From contig CM068771.1 in the NCBI GenBank assembly GCA_035084275.1, positions 992,001-1,056,000 of the forward strand: a stretch of DNA of 64,000 bases, given 5' to 3'. The notes below the pieces were generated by a model that saw only the letters and a list, made by a program, of their open reading frames with translations, ran no database searches and was not told the DNA's origin. Positions 10,401-20,529 of this stretch are shown in pieces (the stretch's first letter is position 1; the number at the start of each line of letters is the position of its first letter). The translations under genes and the position numbers were made by a program. The DNA is from Hydrolagus colliei (lineage: Eukaryota).

Positions 10401-13400
10401 AGAAAGAAGCCAGTCTCCTTGGCTCCATCAACATTTTCTCCTCAATGGTTAGAACCATTTCCTCAGTTCTGACCTCTTCAACCTCCCCGGCCTTTCCCTA
10501 AGACTTACAATCTGGGCATCAGGTTTGCCCCTCAGCTGTCCTTCCTCCCTCACATCTGTTCCCTGACCAGGACCACCTTCTTCCACCTCATTGCCCACCC
10601 GCACTGTACCTCACATGCAACAGACCCCAAACCATGCAGTTGTCACCTCCCACCTCAACTATTCCAATGCTCTCATAGAATCATAGAATCTTACGGCACA
10701 AAATGAGGCCATTCGGCCCATCTGGTCTGTGCCGGCTCTTTGAAAAGAGCAACTCAATCCCACTGCCCAGCTCTCTCCCCATAACCTAACAGACCTGTTC
10801 TCCCTAAATGAAGATTGAATTCTCTTTTAAAAGCTGTTATCAAATCAGCTTCTACCACCTTTTCAGGCAATGTATTCCTGATTCAAACTATTTTAAAACT
10901 GTGACAAGAGTCACAGATTCGCCCACCAGTAGAAACAGTTTTTCCTTATTCACCCTGTCGAATCCCCTCATGATTTTATAAACCTGTATTAGGTCTCCTC
11001 TCAACCTTATTTGTCCTAGAGAGAATAAACCTAGCCTATCTAGCCTTTCCTCATAACTGAAGTCCCTCAATCCTGGTACCATTCTTTGTACCCTTCCAAT
11101 GCCTTAACATCCTTTCTGTAGTATGGTGACCAGAATTGAACACCAGCTGAGGCCTAACCAAAGTTTTATAGAGGTTAGTCAGCACTTCCTGACTTTTGTA
11201 TTCTATACCCCTATTTATAAAGCCTAGTATCCCATATGCCTTCTTAACAGCCTTGTCTACCTGACCTACCACTTTCAAAGAGTCACTAACACAAATCCCC
11301 AGGTCTCTCTGTTCCTTCACACCCTTCACACACTCTCCTCACCTATCCCCCCAATCCCACTATCCACCAAATCTAATTTATCCAGAACACTACTGCATGT
11401 CTCCACACCCGCTCTACACTCTGTACTCCATCATCTCAGTCCTCACCAGGCTCCACTGGCTCCCCATCAGAGTTCATCCTTTGTGGAGTCCTGTCGCTCG
11501 GTGGTTAGAGCACCTGCCTTACAAGTGAGAGACTTGAGTTCAATCCCAGGCAGGGTGAAACCTTAGGCAGATTTCTTTACTCCATACACCTAATAATAAT
11601 AATCCCTCAAAAACAATTTGGTCATTTCAATCCACGACTGTTTGTAGGCCACTGCTGTATGCAATTGGCTGCTGTGTTTTGTCCACATATGCACAGTCAA
11701 TTCACTACAGCTTATTCAGTAAAGCGCTTTGAGACGTCTGTAAGACCTAAAAAGTGCTGTATCAAATGCAAAGATTATTATTATTATGAACTAATGCACT
11801 TTAAGATCCTCACACTCATCTACAGATCTCTGGCCACACCTTAGCTTCCCAAAGTTTCCTACTCCTCACTCCACCACTCTCCCCAACCATTCAGCTGGCT
11901 CAGTCCTCCTGTTTGTCCCTCGTCCCCTCCGCACCACCTTTGGTGGCTGTGCTGCCAAACTCTATGCTCTGATATGATATGATGAGCTTACGCCCTTCAC
12001 CTTGTCCCCACACCTGGAGACCTTCCTCTTTGACCATGTTGATATTCACCTCCCCCTAGTGTCCCGTATAGGGGGAGGTGATATATGGGACACTAGGGGG
12101 CGTGTCAGCTGCCCGGAGTCAGGTTGCTGTGTAAACCAGGAGTTGTCTTTGTTGATCTTACCCCACGGCACCTCCATCGCCCCCTGGAGGCTGCTGTGCT
12201 CCACCAGACAGGAGAAGCCTTGCCCCTCCATGGAGCCCGTCTCCAGCTCCATCTGATTCGTTATCTGAAAGGTGCCATCGTGGTTGGGTAATACACCACT
12301 GGACACCACCTCGTGGACAGTGTTGCCGTCCCTTGTCCAGGTCACATCGATGGGCCGCGGATAGAAGCCAGTGACAAGACAGGAGAGAAGGTCTCTCCCC
12401 GCCAGGTCCCTCCTGTAACTGACTGAGACGTCAGGGCGGCCTGGGGAGGGGAGCACAGTCACACACAGCTCAGCACTGAGTCCACCCCGACACAGCGAGG
12501 CTTAGCAATGTGATGAGGTTAGATTAGTAACAACCCACACACTCACTCTGTCTCTGGAAGGTGGATCTTGAAAACTGATAGAATTCATCTATCCAATCGG
12601 AACAATTATCTTCCAGCTGCTGTTTGCACATCTGATTGAACTCTTTTTCATTGTTCAGTTTCTGTCTGAGCATCTGAGCCTCGGGGACAGCAGAAATCCA
12701 TCTCAGCTCGTTTATATCAAAGCTGATAAAATCTTTACCTCCGCCCGCAACCGTGATGTATCCGTCAGTTCTTCCATCCTCCATCACCTCACAGCCGGCA
12801 ACCACCTGGGCAAAGTGAACACCTGAAACAGCCCAGAGTNNNNNNNNNNNNNNNNNNNNNNNNNNNNNNNNNNNNNNNNNNNNNNNNNNNNNNNNNNNNN
12901 NNNNNNNNNNNNNNNNNNNNNNNNNNNNNNNNNNNNNNNNNNNNNNNNNNNNNNNNNNNNNNNNNNNNNNNNNNNNNNNNNNNNNNNNNNNNNNNNNNNN
13001 NNNNNNNNNNNNNNNNNNNNNNNNNNNNNNNNNNNNNNNNNNNNNNNNATACACGGATTCATTCACACATTACACTGACAGATAATTCAACATAGACATA
13101 ACACCAACAACAACAACTATGATTTATACAGCAGCCTCTGTGCTGGACGGCGTCTCAGAGGCTTCACAGTAATGGATCCCGGGGGCCGAGCCAGGGGCAG
13201 GGGGGGGAAAGGTGACCGAAGGCACGGTTGGTCGAAGAGAAAGGTCTTCAGCTGGGACCTGAAACTGGGAAGAGAGAGAGGGGGCGAGGGGAAGGGAGTG
13301 AGGAAGGGAGTTCCAGAGCCTCGGGGGGTAGTGGCTGAAGGCACGGCCGCCGAGGGTGGAGCGGAAGCTTTGGGGGACATGGATTCATGTCTGTGTTACT

Positions 13401-13751
13401 CTTCAGCTATTGACAAACCGACTGATACGCACGCGCACACACACTCACAGTGCGGGATATTTACAGGCAATATTAAAACACTCACCACTCGTAATGTTCA
13501 TCCCCGTGATCGTTTCTCTCATATTCTTCTTGATTACATGGTAAAACATCGTCACCCTCGCTACTTTTATGGTGAAGCGCTGTTCATCAATAGCCTGCTG
13601 GACACTCGCGATCCGGCTGTACAGGCTCCGCTCGTTGTCAAACCGAACGATTTCCACATCGTCCACCATCAGAGCAACGAGAAACTCTGGAAAATCACTA
13701 TCTCCTGTCATCATCGTTTGTAGCCATTTGAACGAGCGAGGCTCTGTCAGA

Positions 13752-13786
<35 letters not shown>

Positions 13787-14752
13787 ATTGTACATGTGTA
13801 ACGGGTCACTGGGCACACGCGCTGAACACACACTGCCCACATGCAGCAATGACACACACACAGTGGACACACACACAGTGTACACACACCTCACACTGTA
13901 CACACAGCTCACAGTGTACACACACCTCACAGTGTACACAGCTCACAGTGAACACACAGCTCACACTGTACACACACAGCTCACATTATACACAGCTCAG
14001 TGCACACACAGCTTACAGTGTACACACACAGCTCACAGTATACACAGCTCAGTGCACACAGTTCACAGTATACACAGCTCAGTGCACACACAGCTTACAG
14101 TGTACACACACAGCTCACAGTATACACAGCTCAGTGCACACACAGCTCACAGTGTACACACACACCTCACAGTATACACAGCCCAGTGTGCACACAGCTC
14201 ACAGTATACACAGCTCAGTGTACATACAGCTCAGTGTACACACAGCTCACACTGTACACACAGCCCACAGTGTACACACAGCTCACAGTATACACACAGC
14301 GCAGTGTACACACAGCTCACGGTGTACAATTGGCTACCCTGTTTCACCCACAATCATACAGTCACTTCACTTTACGGTATATTCTGTGAAGCGCTTTGGG
14401 ACGTCGATAAGATGCCAAAAGCCGCGGTATCAAACGCAAGGATTATTATTATTATGATTATTATTATTACACACGGGGCGGGGAGTGGGGGGGGAGAGCA
14501 ATCTCACAGGGTTACGACGGACTGAGTAAAGGAACCCAGGTTCAATATCCGGGCCCCTCCGGTAAACCCCTCCATTATCAGCCCCCTCTCCCTCACCTCT
14601 CCGAGCTTCCCCAGCCTGAGAGAGAGAGAGAGAGAGAGAGATAGAGACCAAATAAGACCAAACAGTAACGGTCAGCGTACGTGCGGCCACTTACTGTGGA
14701 GCCCACTGCACACGGGCAGGAGGACAACCAGAGCCCACAGAGACCTCACCAT
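4407..14752 (-). CDS. Non-classical MHC class I heavy chain, 7 coding exons: join(14752-14695,13743-13486,12822-12547,12440-12162,8406-8296,7436-7404,4447-4407), 1056 nt = 351 aa + stop
   Basis: All introns are GT-AG and phase 1, as in MHC class I genes. Exon sizes are 58/258/276/279/111/33/41. Leader, alpha1 with N86 glycosylation site (NIT), alpha2 with C101-C164, alpha3 Ig-C1 ([29 protein letters not shown]), TM and cytoplasmic tail are all in one open frame. The cytoplasmic exon choice is the least certain part. Confidence 0.9.
5230..5890 (-). mobile_element. L2-clade LINE ORF2 C-terminal fragment (second family)
   Basis: [38 protein letters not shown]; related copies at about 1315-1860(-), 13095-13375(-), 22045-22715(+), 36750-37460(-), 50695-51075(+). 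Confidence 0.85.
6703..7050 (-). mobile_element. tRNA-derived SINE with L2-like tail ending in (ATT)n; representative of a very abundant family
   Basis: Family head tagctcagtggttagagc...ggttcgaatcc (Pol III A/B boxes) and a shared body; further copies at about 4660-4970(-), 9690-10010(+), 11485-11790(+), 17885-18144(-), 19660-19910(-), 21225-21610(+), 28280-28720(+), 30480-30870(+), 33205-33640 (inverted pair), 35420-35655(-), 36085-36415(+), 42970-43215(-), 43255-43565(-), 44680-44915(-), 48125-48440(+). Confidence 0.9.
7404..7436 (-). CDS. MHC class I exon 6 (33-nt cytoplasmic exon, [11 protein letters not shown])
   Basis: Acceptor ttcatag|, strong donor |gtaagtg, 33 nt and phase 1-1 like class I exon 6; paralogous to exons at 4447 and 19565. 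Confidence 0.65.
8296..8406 (-). CDS. MHC class I exon 5 (connecting peptide, transmembrane helix, basic stop-transfer)
   Basis: Acceptor tctgaacag|, donor G|gtgcgg, 111 nt; [37 protein letters not shown]; homologous exon at 20169-20294. Confidence 0.85.
8487..8629 (-). mobile_element. Penelope-like terminal repeat fragment with a minimal hammerhead-like motif
   Basis: ccgacgaagtgtcgtggacccgaaacgttgac followed by the shark-type ...ctccatagatgctgcctgagctgctgagtgtt...ccagca tail. Confidence 0.65.
9522..9657 (+). mobile_element. Penelope-like terminal repeat fragment with a minimal hammerhead-like motif
   Basis: ctgacgaagggtcgtggacctgaaacattgac; inverted relative to 8487-8629. Confidence 0.65.
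10673..11330 (-). mobile_element. CR1 LINE 3' end inside MHC intron 4 (sense orientation)
   Basis: [36 protein letters not shown] and an (ATTCTATG)-type 3' tail. Confidence 0.92.
12162..12440 (-). CDS. MHC class I exon 4 (alpha3 Ig-C1 domain)
   Basis: Acceptor ccccag|, donor G|gtaaga, 279 nt; Ig-C1 cysteines and Trp are intact. Confidence 0.95.
12547..12822 (-). CDS. MHC class I exon 3 (alpha2 domain)
   Basis: Acceptor tttcag|, donor A|gtgagt, canonical 276 nt; H93, Q96, C101, D122, W133, C164, W167 are present. Confidence 0.95.
12840..13048. other. Assembly gap (N run) in MHC intron 2
   Basis: Run of N. Confidence 1.
13486..13743 (-). CDS. MHC class I exon 2 (alpha1 domain)
   Basis: Acceptor ctgacag|, donor G|gtgagt, 258 nt; motifs [19 protein letters not shown] and MNITSG. 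Confidence 0.93.
13850..14330. repeat. CA-rich minisatellite (acagctcacagtgtacacac-like) in MHC intron 1
   Basis: Degenerate 18-22-bp tandem units. Confidence 0.9.
14695..14752 (-). CDS. MHC class I exon 1 (signal peptide [19 protein letters not shown])
   Basis: ATG at 14752, hydrophobic leader, phase-1 donor A|gtaagt. Confidence 0.85.
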
Positions 14753-14759
14753 CCCAGCG

Positions 14760-14930
14760 GCCCGGTCACTGCCGATCACTGAGATTGGCTCAGCTGTGGG
14801 GCCCTCCATCTGACTGACTCTCTCCGCGGCTGATCTCACGCTGACTCACTCGCAGCTCACGGGAAACGCTTGGGAAACGCTCGCTGTGTGTCTCCGGGTA
14901 AAAGGCTCTGAGGTCGTGGTTTTATCGCCT
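14760..14930 (-). promoter_or_regulatory. Putative CpG-rich promoter of the MHC class I gene
   Basis: CpG-dense; CCAAT about 35 nt upstream of the ATG, a TGAGTCA AP-1-like site near 14845, a direct repeat GCGTTTCCC x2 near 14860-14882 and a TATA-like GATAAAA at 14926-14920. The spacing does not match a canonical SXY module. Confidence 0.35.
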
Positions 14931-15209
14931 GCTCTGTGTTGCTGCCTGCGTCGCTCTCTCTCTCTCTCTCTGTGCGCGTGTGTGTGTCTCTGTGTGTGTG
15001 TGTGTGTGCGTGTGTGTGTGTGTCAGCCACAGAGAGCCCGACGCGGAGACACACTGACACACTCACAGAGAGATAACTACAGAGGCACACACAGAGAGAG
15101 AGGCTGACACACACACACACACACAGACACACACACAGACACACAGACAGGCAGAGTCTGACACACCCACAGAGAGACTGACAGCCACAGATTGACACCC
15201 ACAGAGAAC

Positions 15210-15250
<41 letters not shown>

Positions 15251-15327
15251 GACTGATACACACAACAACAACAACAACAACAACATGACATTGACACTGT
15301 GTCTTTCAGGTTGGGAGGACGTCCCAA

Positions 15328-15821
15328 NNNNNNNNNNNNNNNNNNNNNNNNNNNNNNNNNNNNNNNNNNNNNNNNNNNNNNNNNNNNNNNNNNNNNNNNN
15401 NNNNNNNNNNNNNNNNNNNNNNNNNNNNNNNNNNNNNNNNNNNNNNNNNNNNNNNNNNNNNNNNNNNNNNNNNNNNNNNNNNNNNNNNNNNNNNNNNNNN
15501 NNNNNNNNNNNNNNNNNNNNNNNNNNNNNNNNNNNNNNNNNNNNNNNNNNNNNNNNNNNNNNNNNNNNNNNNNNNNNNNNNNNNNNNNNNNNNNNNNNNN
15601 NNNNNNNNNNNNNNNNNNNNNNNNNNNNNNNNNNNNNNNNNNNNNNNNNNNNNNNNNNNNNNNNNNNNNNNNNNNNNNNNNNNNNNNNNNNNNNNNNNNN
15701 NNNNNNNNNNNNNNNNNNNNNNNNNNNNNNNNNNNNNNNNNNNNNNNNNNNNNNNNNNNNNNNNNNNNNNNNNNNNNNNNNNNNNNNNNNNNNNNNNNNN
15801 NNNNNNNNNNNNNNNNNNNNN
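15328..15821. other. Assembly gap (N run) upstream of the MHC gene
   Basis: Run of N. Confidence 1.
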
Positions 15822-16559
15822 CAGCCTGACAAACACACACACAGACTGACAAACGCACACACACACACACACACACACAGACTAGCTTTCATAGAATCAG
15901 TCACATACAGAGAGACTGACACACAGGGAAACAGACACACAGAAATTGATGCGAAAATAGACACATGTAGAGGGAGACAAACCTAGAGATAGACAAACAG
16001 TGGGACAGGTTCACAGACAGACAGACAGACCAGGGTTGGTGGGGGTCCTGACGCAGTCCGGTAACCTAGCGAGAGGGGGCGGACAGGCTGATATAGGGTT
16101 AGGAAGCTGGAGAGGTGTGGGGGGGGGGGTGGGGGGGGTGGGGGGGTGGGTGGGGGGGTGGGGGGGGGGGGGTAGGAGGTGGGGACTGGGGATGGGGAGC
16201 AAGACTGTGGAGGGTTTAAAGGTAAGAACAAGGATTTCGTACTCGACTCCGAGAGGGACGAGGAGCCAGAGAAGCTGAGACGGGTTCCCAGTCCCTGGCG
16301 AGGGAGAGGACGCGAGCCACAGAGTCCAGCGAGCAGGTGGGCAAAGGAGGAGAGAGAGAGAGCGAGCGAGAGCGAGAGCGAGAGCGAGAGCGAGAGCGAG
16401 AGAGGATCACAGCGACAATGTGGGGTTTGAAGGGTAGTTGAGGGGTCAAAAAAGGACGAGGTTTGGCATCGGCTGAGTGAGGTGAAGAGGCCAGCGGCTG
16501 AGGTGAGGAGACTCTGCCGGGAGCCGAGCGGGTCTGGCCACTGTCTGCCTTGCCAACAT

Positions 16560-17210
16560 TGAGCCGCGCGGGAAGTTGGCTCTCGTTCAGGACTTGATGT
16601 CAGACAGAGAATTAGTCCAGGACATCAGCGAGGGAGGAGGTGGAGAGACAGACCTGGGTCTCATCCACATACAGGTGGACATTGACCCCTCGCCTGCGGA
16701 TGACACCCCAGAGCAGACGGGAAGGTACCCCCACCCTCGCCCGTCTCCACTGGCTCCCCATCCTCCAGAGGATCGAGTTTAAGATCCTCGTCCTCACCTA
16801 CAAGGCCTTACACGACCTTGCCCCATCCTACTTAACCCATCTACTCTCCCCCTACACGCCCACCCGGGCCCTACGTTCAACAGGACTTGGCCTGCTCCAA
16901 GCCCCCCGCCCGGACCGCCCCACCATCGGAGGCCGGGCCTTCAGTTTCTCCGCTCCCACCCTATGGAATGCCATCCCTCAATCCCTCCGTTTCGTTTCTT
17001 CCCTTTCCTCTTTCAAGGCCGGTTTGAAGACTTTCCTCTTCGATCGTGCCTTCTGTTCCACCCCAAACTCTTTTACCTCCCCTTCGTGTTTCACCCCTTC
17101 CCAAACACTCCCCTCCCAGCTCGGGTCACACGCCTCCTGTGCAGCGCCTTGGGACGTCCTCCCGACGTGAAAGGCGCTCTATAAATGTAAATTGTTGTTG
17201 TTGTTGTTGA
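16560..17210 (+). mobile_element. L2-clade LINE 3' portion with internal deletion and (GTT)n tail
   Basis: YVDETQ-like RT remnant, LARLHWLPILQRIEFKILVLTYKAL, tail gggacgtcctcccgacgtgaaaggcgc...ttgttgttg; related copies at about 3420-3690(+), 7640-7930(-), 8840-9262(-), 31965-32570(-), 33810-34290(+). Confidence 0.85.
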
Positions 17211-18142
17211 AGAGGAGGGGAGCGAGCACAGAGCCGTGAGGGACGCCACATGTGACAGAGCGGGGGCTGGAGGAGAAGCCGTTGGCGGCAGGCGGTGGGA
17301 TTAGAACCAGGCAATGACAAGACCGCGGAGATGGAGATGGAGATGGAGAGAGGAGGGAGAGAAGGGTAGATGGGCAATGGTGTGGAGATGGTGTGGGGGG
17401 TGGGGGTGGTGGGTGAAGAGCTGTGACTGATCAGGGAATGTGGACGTTTTGCTGTCAGGAACCTCCTTCCGAATCACTTCCGAATGAGATTGGCCCCCTC
17501 CCCTCCCCCTCCCTCCGTCACTCCCTCTCACACCCCTCTAACTCACACCGCTTTCCCCATTCACACTCCTCCCCCTCCCCTTCGCCCCCCTCAAAACCCT
17601 TCTCCCTCCTCCCCTCTCAAACCCCTCCCTCCTCAAACTGCACCCCTTCATACCCCTCCACTTCTCTCCCTAGGCAGTGTGAGGTAAGGTCGGAGGGGTC
17701 GTATAAGGTGGGAAGGGGGGGTGTGGGAGAGGGGTGTGTAAGGTGGGTGTAAAGTGGAAGAGAAGATGTATGTTGGAAGGGTGGGGTGTAATGTGAGAGG
17801 GGTGTGTGTAAGGTGAGAGGGGGAGGTGTAAGGTGGGGAGGCGGGGGGGGTGTAAGGTGGGAGGGTGGGTGTAAAGTACAAGTGTTTAATAATAATAATA
17901 ATAATCCTTGCATTTGATATAGCGCTTTTCGCATCTTATCGACGTCCCAAAGCGCTTCACAGAATATATTGTAAATGTGACTGTATATATTTGTGGGCGA
18001 TCGCGGCAGCCAATTGCGCACAGCAGTGTCCCCCACAAACAGCTGTGGATTGAAATGACCAATTTTATTATTGTGGTTTTTTGGGATGGATTATTATTAG
18101 GCTTGTGTGTGGAGTAAGGAAACTTGCCCGAGGTTTCGCCCT

Positions 18143-18184
18143 GACTGTAGACAATGAAGCAACGTTGCTTCATTGTCTACAGTC
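18143..18184. repeat. Perfect 42-bp spacerless palindrome
   Basis: gactgtagacaatgaagcaac|gttgcttcattgtctacagtc; 21 of 21 base pairs match. Confidence 0.97.
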
Positions 18185-18269
18185 TACAGTCTACAGTTAA
18201 AATGTGCGTTCTTCAAATCCACTGCATCTTGTTCTGAATGGACTGTGTAACTTAACTAATGTTTCTGTA

Positions 18270-19012
18270 ATGTGGTGGGGGGGCGGGGTATAAGGTGGGA
18301 GGGTGGAGTGTAAGGTGCGAGAGTTACTGTAAGGTGGGGGTGGTGTAAGGTTGGAGTTGGATGTGTAAGGTGCGAGGGGATGTAAGCTGTGGGGGGGTGT
18401 AAGGTGGGCAGTGGGTGGGTGTAAGGTGGGAGGAGGTGGTGTAAAGTTGGAGGGCGGCAGTTGTAAAGTGGGAGAGGGGGGTGTGTGTGTTTAAGGTGGG
18501 CGGGGGGTGTGTGTGTGTAAGGTGGGCAGGGGGTGTGTGTGTAAGGTGGGAGGGGGGTGTGTGTGTGTAAGATGGGAGAGGGGGGTGTGTGTAAGGTGGG
18601 AGAGGGGGGTGTGTGTAAGGTGGGCGGGGGTGTGTGTGTGTAAGGTGGGTGGGGGTGTGTGTGTAAGGTGGGAGAGTGGGGTGTGTGTAAGGTGGGCAGG
18701 GGCTGTGTGTGTAAGGTGGGAGTGAGGATGTGTGTGTGAGGTGGGAGGGGGGTGCGTGTGTGTAAGGTGGGAGAGGGGGTGTGTGTGTAAGGTGGGAGAT
18801 GGGGTGTGTGTGTGTAAGGTGGGAGAGGGGGTGTGTGTAAGGGGTGTGTGTAAGGTGGGAGAAGGTGTGTGTGTGTGTAAGGTGGGCAGGGGGTGTGTGT
18901 GTGTAAGGTAGGCAGGGGGTGTGTGTGTGTGTGTAAGGTGGGAGTGAGGGTGTGTGTGTGTAAGGTGGGAGAGGGGTGTGTGTGTGTGTGTGTAAGGTGG
19001 GAGAGGGGGGTG
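18270..19012. repeat. G/T-rich minisatellite (gtgtgtgtaaggtgggagaggggg-like), with a related tract at 17690-17880
   Basis: Tandem 22-28-bp units; source of the spurious HTP-rich ORFs. Confidence 0.93.
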
Positions 19013-19520
19013 TAGATTGCGAGTGGTAGTGAGTTTTGCCGAAGCCCAAATATACTCTCTACAAATTGACCCAAAGATCGAAAGCAAATGTCTTTATTTC
19101 TCCCACAAGCAACAGTCTCTGTGTTAACATTGACATGATATTATCACAGTGTTACCAGCATAATAATCACAATGTACAGTATATTGGTATAAAAGTTACA
19201 CTATCGTATAATATAAAACTTACATTTTCTGATAATCTAATATAAAGTTACACTTCCATAATGTGATATAAAGTATAGTGATCGAATATAAAGCGTTATA
19301 ATCCAGTATAAAATATATTAATCTAACATAAAGTGTAATAATCTAATATAAACTATAATACTGAAATCTACATATTGGATCCTTTGCTGTGATGGGCATC
19401 AGTACAGTCAGTGTTCATACATTAGAGTCAGTCACAGAGCGTGTGTGATCACAGAGGTCTGACATACAAGTGAACACACAGTCACACACAGTCACGCAGA
19501 CTCATGTCCATTGGTACATG

Positions 19521-20494
19521 TTACTCGCTGATGGGACGGACGGCCGTACAGGAGAGTCTCAGCTTCTGGAACTAAACTGGAAATAAACAGGCGTCACTTT
19601 CACAGCGATCGGTGACATCTCATTAACTCCTCAATCACCTGGTCTCACACACACACACACATGCACACAATATACTGTAAAGTGAATTGACTATGTGTGG
19701 GTGAAATGCGGCAGCCAATTGCGCACAGCAGCGTCCCCGCAAACAGTGGTGGACTGAAATGACCAACTTATTAATGTTATTTTTGGAGGGATTATAATTA
19801 GTGTGGAGTAACGAAACTCGCCCAAGGTTTTGCCCTGACCTGCCTGGATTTGAACTGAGGTTTCTGGCTTGCACAGTGAGTGCTCTAACCACTGAGCTAC
19901 AGGATGCCACACTGGTTACAGACGATGGCCGGTCACACACACACACACACAGACAGACCACAGTCACTGTCACTCACACACACAAAGACTTGCCCACAGA
20001 CAACAGGCAGACACTGACAGACGAACCACAGGCTAGTTGATGTGAGAATTATCGCTGGTGATAAACAGACAGAATGAGAGTGAGTTACTGAACAACTCTA
20101 AGCTGAAGCTCAGGGGGAAATCACTGCTCCCACCTCCCCCTACCCTCGATGGCCCCATCTCCTCTCACCTCTTCCGTTGCTTCTTCGTTTCCAAATGGAA
20201 ATCCCAACAATAATCCTAAATAGCAGCAAAGCCCCGATGATCAGGCCCAGGATCCAGGAAGGGATCACAGCCAGAGTTCTCTCTGTTTTCTCATCTATTC
20301 AGAGTGAACGACAACCAAACTTTCATTTTGGTCCTGAGAGCCAGAGAGGAGAGCAGTCTGCGGGGGAGAGAGAGAGAGAGAGAGAGGAGAGGGGTCTGCG
20401 GGGGAGAGCGAGCGAGAGAGGAAAGGGGTCTGCGGGGGGGAGAGAGAGAGAGAGTGGAGTCCGGGAGAGAGAGGTGAGAGAAAGGAGTCTAGGG

Positions 20495-20529
<35 letters not shown>

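Noticed and set aside
12547-13743. Direct orthology to CD1 or MR1
   Set aside because: It retains the classical-type N86 glycan and HxxQxxxGC motif, and I see no MR1 K43-type signature or CD1-specific motifs. Only a functional analogy is suggested, and phylogeny is needed.
13788-14525. Long ORFs rich in H/T/Q/Y (also 18256-19087, 21392-22367, 40568-42659, 44095-44679)
   Set aside because: These are translations of CA-rich, G-rich or C-rich tandem repeats that are open in several frames, with no domain signature or splice support.
14430-14690. [22 protein letters not shown] as the MHC leader
   Set aside because: It starts at a non-ATG codon inside intron 1 and runs through a GA microsatellite; the 14752-14695 exon has a true ATG, leader character and the correct phase-1 donor.
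14857-15986. ORFs of 176-339 aa spanning the N run
   Set aside because: They are open only because N codons contain no stops; the flanks are microsatellites.
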